From NCBI GenBank assembly GCA_964016885.1, contig OZ024741.1, forward strand, positions 352,718,001 to 352,781,963: DNA of 63,963 nt, read 5' to 3'. A program made the position numbers and the translations under genes. This document shows, piece by piece, positions 54,041-63,963 of this stretch (positions are counted from its first letter, which is position 1; each line of letters begins with the position of its first letter). The notes under the pieces are model-generated. The model worked only from the letters and a program-made list of their open reading frames with translations. It was not told where the DNA came from and did not search any database. This DNA is from Eledone cirrhosa. Its lineage: Eukaryota.

Positions 54041-55821
54041 TTATACTTCTCTTAGGTCAGTGTTGTTTGTTTGGGTGTTGTTGTTGTTCCACTCATTCTT
54101 TCTGTTTAGCTTTGGTCTTCTAATTTCTATTTCACTGGCCTCTCTGATTTGCCTATCTGCTGGGTCATTCCTATGTTTAGATATTATTCTAATTTCTATG
54201 TTGTCTATGTTACCGTCATGATGTTGTCTAGCATGTTCGTATAGTACTGACCCGTTTTTTCGTCCTTTTAGTTCCCCCCAGTGTTGGTCTATCCTTTCAC
54301 CTATGCTACGAGCTGTCTCACCTATGTATGTTGTTGTCGTGTTTCTGCAAGTACCCTCTGTACATCTTATGCTATAGACTACGTTTCTAGTTTTACAGTT
54401 TATCCGGGGGTTCACCTTACATATGATACATTTCCTATTGGTACAGTGGGTTTTCTTAAAAGGGTAGGTTTTGCTGATCAGGGATTTTATGGTGGTTCCT
54501 GGCTTTTCTACCACCTTTATTTTTAAGTGGGTCTTTCTCAGGGCCTTTCTACACTGGTTAGCTAATTTCCCTCCAGGGGTGGCGTCCACAAACATGACAC
54601 TCTGATATCTCTGGTTGTCGTACCATGATGTGGCCTTCCCTATCTTATGTCTAGCCCTATCTAAGCTATTCCATGATTTGCTCCTGTATAGTGGGCAAAT
54701 TCCTTTCATGTCCAGTTCTATGAGGGTCTTATACTTTTCCATGGCTCCTTCGTATACTCTGACTCTGTCTCTTTGGTTGTAGCCAGAGAACTGCATGCGG
54801 TTGATGAAGTGTTGGATGTGTCCTTCCATTTCTGTTGGGTCGCACATGCTGGACACATTCTTCATCACTCGTACCAAATCTGCGATCAGAATATTAAACT
54901 TAGCACTACTGGACATTGCTGAGTTTTTGAGTATCAGGTATTTGGAGGCCATGGGTTTAGCATAGTGTGAGTGGAGAATTTGGGCTCTCTCGTCTATAGT
55001 GTTAATCCAGAGTTCTGTGTCTAATACAGGTAGTCTATTGTTAGAGTGTTTGGAAGGGAAGTCTATAGTTACAGTTATACTCTGGTGTATGGAATTAGCT
55101 ATCTGCTGGATGCTTTCCATCGTGCTACGTTCTAAATCAAACTTGTTAGTGCTCTCTAGTGGGGGTGTTCTTATAACTATATTGATATCGTCTACATAAC
55201 GAGAGTACATGATGAGGTCTATGGAGCTTTCATTAAGGAGATCTTTAAGTCTCCTTTCCCACCATACCATGAAAAGGTTGGCAACATCGCCAGCTATGCT
55301 GACGCCGATGGCTGCTCCCTCATTTTGGGTGTAGATTTTCTCATTGAACTTAAATATGTGGCCCTTTAGGGTAGTTTTGATACTAGCCCCTATTGCATGT
55401 GCGACCATTTTTCTTACCTGATCAGTGTTTTGGGGGGTCCGTATAGCTTTGGTCCACCCAATCCACCTTCCTATGGGAGTCTTTTTAGCCATTGAGGTTA
55501 TGGTGGGGGGTCTACCTCTTATAGGTCTACTAGGGCAGAAACATCTAAGGTCATGGCTGTCTAGGTAGTCAGTGTCGTAGGTAAGTCTAAGTAGGAGGCC
55601 CAGTTCGTCTGTGTCGACGTCGCAGAACTCCACCTCACTCTCAATGATCATCTCCACACATCTTTTCACAGCAAAATCAATGTTAATGGATGGGTACAGT
55701 GACACCACATCCATGCTGCCTATTATGCAGTTGGATAGGCTCCTGTTTTTGTTGCACTCACTGATTCTGCTGAGGAGGTCCTCTGTACTTTCACATACAT
55801 CTGGGGACATCTTGATTATGG
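54041..55821 (-). pseudogene. 5'-truncated tandem copy of the PLE A ORF (RT core + GIY-YIG)
   Basis: Translation matches the C-terminal ~590 aa of the 1210-aa ORF; the predicted N-terminus runs into the inverted pLTR. Confidence 0.93.
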
Positions 55822-55971
55822 CAACATTGAGGACCGAGTAAGTTAGATCGCAGATATATATATATAAAAGACAGCGAGAAGCGAAAACCAACCAAACAGT
55901 GAGTGTGTTCTGTTATTAATTCTGGCAATATTACGCAAATATGACCCTCCCCAAATATAACAATATATATT

Positions 55972-56004
<33 letters not shown>

Positions 56005-56131
56005 ATATATATTTATATATTTATATATATATATATATATTTATATATTTATATATATATATTTATATATATATATATTTATATATTTATATATATTTAT
56101 TTATATATATATATTTATATATATATTTATT

Positions 56132-56162
<31 letters not shown>

Positions 56163-56351
56163 ATTTATATATATATATTTATATATATTTATATATATAT
56201 ATATATATTTATTTATATATATATATTTATTTATATATATATTTATTTATATATATATTTATTTATATATATATATTTATATATATATATATATATATTT
56301 ATTTATATATATATTTATTTATATATATATATTTATTTATATATATATATT

Positions 56352-56402
<51 letters not shown>

Positions 56403-56455
56403 ATATTTATTTATATATATATATTTATTTATATATATATATTTATTTATATATT

Positions 56456-56540
<85 letters not shown>

Positions 56541-56550
56541 ATATTTATAT

Positions 56551-56993
56551 ATCATCATCATCATCATCATCAACGTTTAACGTCCGTGTTCCACGCTTGC
56601 ATGGGTTTGGACGGGGGTAGTCCCACTTGAGGCAAGAGTGATTGTCTTGCTCGCATAGGACTGTCTGGCAGGTTTTCTACAGTTGGATGCCCTTCCTAAC
56701 ACCAACCACATTTACAGTGTGGGTCTGGGAGGTTTTTACCGTGTTGCCTACACGGCCACATTACAGCGTGGACTGTGTGTTTTTTTGTCGTGACACCTAC
56801 ACGATCTCATTTGTTTCGGCCCGGATGGCGCGGCACCAACATAACTTTACATAGGACGGGGTGGTGTGGATGGGGTGGGGGTGGTGGTGGTGGGACGGGG
56901 TGTATTTTGTTAGAGATGCCTACTGGCAAGGCGGGTCTTCTCTGTTACTGAGTACCGCCAAAGGTCTCGGTCCAGTGACATTGTCTTGGAGAG
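56551..56993 (-). mobile_element. RTE 3' end (last codons + UTR) in the TA array
   Basis: Apparently identical to 29870-30311. Confidence 0.95.
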
Positions 56994-57046
56994 ACATTTA
57001 TATATATATTTATATATATATATATATTTATTTATATATATATATT

Positions 57047-57077
<31 letters not shown>

Positions 57078-57269
57078 ATATATTTATTTATATATATATT
57101 TATATATATATATTTATAAATGGAAAAAATGAAACAATATTTCATTTCCCACTCTTAGTACGGCTGTTACTTAAATATAAGTATGTACACGTACATACAT
57201 ATATGTATACCGACGTACAGTAGTATGTATATATATATATATACATACATGCACAAAAGTGACAAAGGA

Positions 57270-57312
57270 ACGCTGTACTAGTTTCAAGCTTGTTAGCTAT
57301 CGTCAGCAACGT
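57270..57312 (-). ncRNA. Hammerhead ribozyme (minimal, dimer-type) at the 5' end of a ~190-bp non-coding insert (57120-57312)
   Basis: ACGTTG-CTGACGA-T-AGCT aaca AGCT-T-GAA-ACTAGT-A|CAGCGT: 6-bp stem I, palindromic ACTAGT stem III, GUA cleavage triplet. Confidence 0.8.
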
Positions 57313-57353
57313 ATATATTTATATATATATATATATTTATTTATATATATATA

Positions 57354-57386
<33 letters not shown>

Positions 57387-57412
57387 TTATTTATGTATAT
57401 ATACATATATTT

Positions 57413-57453
<41 letters not shown>

Positions 57454-57532
57454 TATATATATATATATATATATATATTTGTTTATATATATATATATAT
57501 ATATATATTTGTTTATATATATATATATATAT

Positions 57533-60500
57533 GTACTCATTTTTCTAGCTTTCTAACATCCGCTTAATCCATAGTCCTTCCAAACCTATTTCCTCCTGTA
57601 TTTTCCAAAACAAATCTCTTGTATTTTGTCCTGATTGTAAAATATGGAAGTTTTTGGCGTATCTTACTAAACAAATCTTGTATTTTTGTTTACGTTCGTA
57701 AAATACTAGGATCTAACTTAAACCTATTCCTCTCGCTAACAACTCAACACCCCTCCCTTCTGCCCCCACGCACCACCATTATTATCACGTGGACCAATCA
57801 TAAGCCAGAGGCCTATACTATCACTTACCTGGTCGCCTTCGGTATGTAGGATGGAAGGACTACGGAGTTCCGGAGAGTTGAAGAGAGAAAAATCTGGACG
57901 CTCAGCGACAATGCCAAAGTTAAAGACAAACACACCTCGTGGACGAGAATGCGAACATGCCTCTTTGTTTCGGCCGCGGATGGCTAACACAACCCCATCT
58001 CCCCCCTCTCCCCACCTTTCCCACCCTCCAAACGCAATCCCAAACTTCAGATTTGGTACCTTGAATGTAGGCACCTTAAAGGGTCGCTCTAACGAGGTTG
58101 TAGAAATGCTTGAACGTAAGGAGGTCGATGTTTGTTGTATTCAAGAGACCAGGTGGAGGGGTGGATCTGCTAGATTCATTGTGGGTAGAAAACGATGCTA
58201 TAAGCTTTTCTGGGTGGGAAATGACAATGGGCTGTGTGGGGTAGGAATCATGGTAGCAGAAAAGTGGGCAGATAAGATAATAGACGTAAATAGAGTGAAC
58301 GACAGAATAATTAAAATAAGACTTGTCCTCAATAGAACCACGGTGACAGTAATATCCGCGTACGCACCCCAATCCGGACTGCCCAGCACTATAAAAGACA
58401 GATTCTATGAGACACTGATGCTCACTACCTCCCAAATAATCGACAGTGACTATATAATTATTGCAGGCGACCTAAACGGTCACGTTGGACAACATTGTGA
58501 CGGCTACGACGAAATCCATGGAGGCTATGGGTTTGGTACTAGAAATGAGGAAGGCTCCAGAATCCTGGAATTCTGTGACGCAAATAACCTAACTATCTGC
58601 AACACTAACTTCAAAAAACAAGACAATCACTTGATCACCTACAGATCAGGGGAACATACCAGCCAGGTAGATTATATCCTTACCAGAAGATGTGACAAAG
58701 TGACTGTTGTAAACACTAAATCCCTCCCCCATGAAGAATGCACCTCCCAACATAGACTGATAATTAGCGACCTAATAGTCAGGACGAGACGTACTAGGCA
58801 ACAGAAGAGGACTACCCTCAGGAGAAAAATATGGAAGCTAAAGGACCCCACAGCCAAAAATAAATTCCAAAGCATATTACTTGATGCTTTCGACAGTAAG
58901 GAAGAGCAAATAGAGTCGTACAAGGTAGAGGAACAGTGGGAATTCCTGAAAGCAAACCGGCTGACGGCGACAGACGAAGTCTGTGGCTGGAGCAGACCTG
59001 TAGGCAGGAGGAGAGTAACATGGTGGTGGAACAGTAAGGTGGAGGGGTCAATTAAGGCCAAAAAGCAGGCTTGGAAAGTATGGCGGGATGGGGGGAAGCA
59101 GAGAAGACTATCAAGTGGCCAGGAGGGAAGCTAGGAGACAAGTGTACTTCGCAAGAAGGGAAGCAGAGGAAAGAAAGTTCAAGCATGTTCTACAACGTGA
59201 GGACCAAAAACGTGAGGTGTTCAGGATTGCTAGGCAATGTGTCAAGGAAAACAGTGATATTGTCGGGGAGAAGTGTGTACTTAACGATGACGGCGTACTT
59301 GCCATCACCGACGCCGATAAGAAGGTAGCTTGGAAGTGTCACTATGAAAGGCTACTCAATGAGGAGACTAAATGGGAGAAAGACAGTCTCCCCCACATCG
59401 ACCCAATAGAGGGACCAGCAGTGTTAGTCGAGGGTAGTAAAATAAGTAAGGCAATCAAAGATATGAAGACAGGCAAGGCGGCTGGGCCTTCGGAAATAGT
59501 TGCCGAGATGCTGAAGGCATCTGGTACGGTGGGACACACCATGGTCACCCGGATAGTCAACCAAGTCATACAGAATGGGGTTGTTCCGAAGGACTGGCGT
59601 AGCAGCATTATCGTTAACTGTTATAAGGGTAAAGGAGATGCCCTAGATAGGAGTAACTATAGAGGCATTAAATTAATCGACCAGGTCATGAAGGTCACGG
59701 AAAAAGTAATAGCGCAACTAATCAGAGAGCGAATTGATCTAGATGAAATGCAGTTCGGGTTTGTGTCAGGAAAAAGTACCACAGACGCTCTTTTCATTGT
59801 ACGACAACTACAGGAGAAGTACCTAGCTAAAAGTAAACCCCTATACTTAGCTTTCGTCGACTTGGAGAAGGCCTTCAACAGAGTCCCCCGTTCCATTATC
59901 TGGTGGGCTCTTAGAAAACTAGGTGTCGATGAATGGCTTGTGAGAGCTATACAAGCCATGTATAAAGAAACAGTCAGCAAGGTTAGAATTAACAACGAAT
60001 ATAGTGAAGAGTTTAGTGAAAAAGTTGCTGTTCATCAGGGCTCTGTTCTTAGCCCCCTACTATTTATTATTGCCCTCCAGTCTATAACAGTGGAGTTCAA
60101 GACCGGCTGCCCATGGGAACTCCTATACGCAGATGATCTAACGCTCATAGCTGAATCAATGGCCGAGCTAGAGAAGAAATTCCAAACATGGAAGCACGGG
60201 CTAGAATCAAAAGGCCTTAAAATTAACCTGGCTAAGACTAAAGTTCTAGTTTGTAAGAAAGAAAATAAGGCGGCGGTCCCCTCCGGGAAGTGGCCATGCG
60301 CAGAGTGTAGGAAAGGCGTAGGTAGAAATTCCATTTTGTGTCCCAAATGCAAAGTCTGGGTTCATAAAAGATGTAGTAGGATCACAGGTAAGCTAACTAA
60401 GAACATAGATTTTACATGTGGCCGGTGTTCTGGGGCAATAAGTAGCAGCAAGTGCCCACAAAATACTAGCTCTTTCAACTGCGCAGAGGGTTCTATAGAA

Positions 60501-61452
60501 ATAGTGAACAGCTTCCGTTACCTGGGTGACAAAATCAGCAGTGGGGGAGGGTGCTCTGAAAGTACAGTAGCTAGAGTCAGAACTGGGTGGAAAAAGTTCA
60601 GAGAGCTTATACCACTATTAGCCGCTAAAGGGTTCTCCCTAAAAATGAAAGGCAGGTTGTACGATGCCTGCATACGAACAGCAATGTTGCATGGCAGTGA
60701 GACCTGGGCATTGTGTGCAGAGGATTTACGCAGACTAGAGAGAAACGAAGCTTGCATGCTCCGCTGGATGTGTAATAGTAATATACGTGAACGACAAAAC
60801 ATAAACGAACTAAGGAAAAAATTAGAAATATGAGGGATCAGATGTTGTTTACTAGAGAGAAGGCTACGTTGGTATGGTCACGTGATGCGCATGAAGGACG
60901 ATAGCTGTATAACAAAGTGCAGGGCAATAAAGATAGACGGTAGCCACGGAATAGGCAGACCCAGAAAAACCTGGGACGAGCTGATAAACTCCGACCTCAC
61001 ACACTTACACCTCACCAAGACAATGTCACTGGACCGAGACCTTTGGCGGTATTCAGTAATAGAGAAGACCCGCCTTACCTAAATACAAAGTAAAACCTAC
61101 TACAGTCAGTAGGCATCTCTAACAAAATACACCCCCGTCCCACCACCCCCACCCCATCCACACCGCCCCCTTCTATGTAAAGTTATGTTGGTGCCACACC
61201 ATCCAGGCCGAAACAAATGAGATTGTGTAGGTGTCACGACAAAAAAACACACAGTCCACGCTGTAATGTGGCCGTGTAGGCAACACGGTAAAAACCTCCC
61301 AGACCCACACTGTAAATGTGGTTGGTGTTAGGAAGGGCATCCAACTGTAGAAAACCTGCCAGACAGTCCTATGCGAGCAAGACAATCACTCTTGCCTCAA
61401 GTGGGAAAACCCCCGTCCAAATCCATGCAAGCGTGGAACACGGACGTTAAAC

Positions 61453-61494
<42 letters not shown>
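57533..61494 (+). mobile_element. Near-full-length RTE LINE (~3.96 kb): 5' UTR, AP endonuclease, RT, PHD finger, 3' UTR, (GAT)n tail
   Basis: GTLNV, CIQETRW, AGDLNGHVG, IDY-like QVDYIL, SQHRL in the EN domain; RT motifs as above; 5' boundary approximate. Confidence 0.93.
57851..61082 (+). pseudogene. RTE ORF broken by a +1 frameshift in a G6 run (59090-59095) and an AGA>TGA stop (60831-60833)
   Basis: ORFs 57851-59134, 59088-60833 and 60882-61082 join into one EN-RT protein; sister copies have AGA at the stop position. Confidence 0.88.
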
Positions 61495-61802
61495 ATATAT
61501 ATATATATATATATGTATGAATGAAGTAATTCCATCGGAAAAGTCCAGGAAAAAAGAGTGCTCTATGTAGGCAACAGAACTTAATTATTATTATTATGTA
61601 ATAAACAACATAAGGCAATTATTCCATTTACCAGTGGTTTCTTAAAAGCAAAAGGCTTTGCTTTCAATCCTCAGAATGAAAAAATCCTGGTTTGTTTATT
61701 GAATTTGGATTTTAAAACAAAAATGCAATCTCTCTATATATATATTTATTTATATATATGTATATATTTATTTATATATATATTTATTTATTTATATATA
61801 TA

Positions 61803-61834
<32 letters not shown>

Positions 61835-62335
61835 GTTATACTTGGGGAGGGTCATATTTGTGTAATATTGCCAGAATTAATAACAGAACACACTCACTGT
61901 TTGGTTGGTTTTCGCTTCTCGCTGTCTTTTATATCTGCGATCTAACTTAATCGGTCCTCAATGTTGCCATTGACTGACCGACGGTCAAAAATAATACAGA
62001 TACAATATAGACACAAACACATATATAGTTTACATAATTTACATAAATCTTTCGTTGCACATCTGCAACATCGTCAGTGGTGTTATATTTTTTCCTCCTG
62101 TTGTGTTGTATGTCTACGCCATTTTTTATTCAGTCTGTCTATATATTTATTTATTTATTTGCTTGTTTGTTTATTTTATTTTGTCTTCTTTGCGCATGCG
62201 TTTGCGTGTGTGTACAGTGTTGTGTGTGCTGTGTGACTAGTGTGTATAGTGTTGTGTCTGCTGGGTGACTAGTGTGTGTTTATGTGCTTGTTGTTATTGT
62301 GCTTGTGTATGTATTTATTTATCTTATTTTATTTA
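61835..62335 (-). mobile_element. PLE family A pLTR (slightly diverged), inverted relative to the family B body
   Basis: Aligns to ~49383-49885 with a few SNPs and indels; contains an HHR. Confidence 0.93.
62035..62090 (-). ncRNA. Hammerhead ribozyme, family A type
   Basis: Same core and stem II as 49581-49638. Confidence 0.75.
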
Positions 62336-62921
62336 GAAAGGCCCTAAATAAACATAAACTCAATATTAAGATAGTAGAAAGACCAGGTACCTCCGTAAAA
62401 ACACTTATTAGCAAGACATACCCTTTTCAAAGACCCTCATGTATAGATAAGAAATGTATAACCTGTAAAATAAGCCCCCATATTAACTGTAAAACTAGAA
62501 ACGTAGTGTATAGCATAAGATATACGGAAGGACAATGTAGAGACAAAAATATAGTGTACATAGGTGAGACAGCTCGTAGTGTAGGGGAACGGATAAATGA
62601 ACACTGGCGAGACCTTCAAGATAGTAAAGAATCATCTGTACTCTACCAACATGCTAAAATAGAACACAAGGGTAAATTAGAGAACAGAGAAATAAAAATA
62701 GAATCTACACACAGAAAAGACCCAATGTTTAGACAAATTACAGAGGCAATAAACATAAAAGAATTACAACCAAAATTAAATAGAAAATATGAGTGGAACA
62801 GCAACATCACAACTTACAATTAAGGACAAAATGAAAACACACACACACACATAGAACAAACAACCAGCCAGTAACATGTAAATAAACAAATAAATAAATG
62901 AACATAAACACACACAGACAC

Positions 62922-62941
62922 CCGGATGTGGCGCATGCGCA
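62922..62941 (+). promoter_or_regulatory. Candidate pLTR promoter: ETS-like CCGGATGTG next to NRF1-like GCGCATGCGCA
   Basis: GCGCATGCG is also kept in the family A pLTR (49756-49765), upstream of the HHR, while flanking sequence differs. Confidence 0.35.
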
Positions 62942-63026
62942 GACTGAGCACAAAACACACACACAGAAACAAAATGGCATAGGACAGAACAAAGGAGAGG
63001 CACAGAAACAAAGAAAGGAATTCCCA

Positions 63027-63067
63027 GTCACTGAAGAGGTCGGAGTGTGTGACGAAAGAACTATGAC
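63027..63067 (+). ncRNA. Hammerhead ribozyme, family B pLTR
   Basis: GTCA-CTGAAGA-G-GTCG gagtgtg TGAC-GAA-AGAACT-A|TGAC: 4-bp stem I, stem II, CUA cleavage triplet; same position relative to the ATG as in family A. Confidence 0.82.
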
Positions 63068-63234
63068 AATATATAAACAACTATCTGGTTGTGGAACCAA
63101 CCAACCAACCAGAAATTTATAAATTTATTATAAATTTATTATAATAATAAATTGAAGTGAAAGCAACTGGTGCATGTGTTTCTTATTGGCAACATGACCC
63201 TCCCAAAGTATAACAATATATTTATATATATATT

Positions 63235-63309
<75 letters not shown>

Positions 63310-63350
63310 ATATATATATTTATATATATATTTATATTTATATATATATT

Positions 63351-63447
<97 letters not shown>

Positions 63448-63472
63448 ATATATATTTATATTTATATATATT

Positions 63473-63527
<55 letters not shown>

Positions 63528-63530
63528 ATT

Positions 63531-63597
<67 letters not shown>

Positions 63598-63620
63598 ATT
63601 TATATATATATATATTTATA

Positions 63621-63653
<33 letters not shown>

Positions 63654-63808
63654 ATACTTATATATATTTATATATATACTTATATATATTTATATATATA
63701 TATATGTATTTATATATGTTTATATATATATATGTTTATATATATATATGTTTATATATATATATATGTTTATATATATATATATGTTTATATATATATA
63801 TATATGTT

Positions 63809-63845
<37 letters not shown>

Positions 63846-63866
63846 ATGTTTATATATATATATATT

Positions 63867-63897
<31 letters not shown>

Positions 63898-63963
63898 ATA
63901 TATATAAATATATATATATATCTTTATATATATTTATATACATATGGAAGTCGGTGTTGTAAC

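Larger units (their letters stand above)
49335..55966 (-). mobile_element. Penelope-like element, family A (probably Naiad-type): full copy + upstream 5'-truncated tandem copy + inverted pLTR
   Basis: 49335-51685 is repeated at 53469-55821 (4134-4136-bp period); inverted pLTR piece at 55818-55966; both outer ends lie in (TA)n. Confidence 0.95.
62335..63218 (+). mobile_element. PLE family B 3' fragment: GIY-YIG domain (62335-62823), 3' UTR/pLTR, HHR, first codons MTLPKYNN
   Basis: GIY-YIG about 60% aa identical to family A by manual alignment; pLTR sequence differs; ends in (TA)n. Confidence 0.92.

Noticed and set aside
57820-57995. Possible HDV-like ribozyme in the RTE 5' region (CACACCTCGTG and GGCTAA motifs)
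   Set aside because: I could not find the P1 and P2 pairings needed for the nested double pseudoknot; an RNArobo or Infernal search would settle it
60831-60833. In-frame TGA as possible selenocysteine or readthrough
   Set aside because: Sister copies have AGA (Arg) here, so it is a simple nonsense mutation; the PLE ORF has no internal TGA either, so no selenoprotein is claimed

Overview
Eukaryotic, AT-rich, microsatellite-rich animal DNA; the repeat landscape suggests a cephalopod such as octopus (inference only). Six in-phase + strand coding exons (22755-43416) belong to an LMO7/LIMCH1-family gene (end of the calponin-homology domain, then the WxxxLxxWKxxR...KTFKE motif); the rest of the gene lies outside the window. 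The introns hold SINEs, TTAA- and TA-type MITEs, a decayed mariner, LINE fragments and a 3.6-kb, 21-bp minisatellite. From about 44.8 kb to the end, a (TA)n/(TTTA)n array acts as a retroelement nest. It contains PHD-finger-bearing RTE LINEs (one near full length) and an apparently intact, very recent Penelope-like element (PLE). The PLE has a 1210-aa RT+GIY-YIG ORF with a ~160-aa Asn-rich insert, a partial-tandem plus inverted-pLTR structure and a hammerhead ribozyme (HHR) in each full pLTR. Most notable: (i) HHR motifs from several distinct families, and (ii) a head-to-head chimera at 61.8-63.2 kb in which the inverted pLTR comes from a different PLE family than the body, suggesting two independent RNA templates at one (TA)n target.
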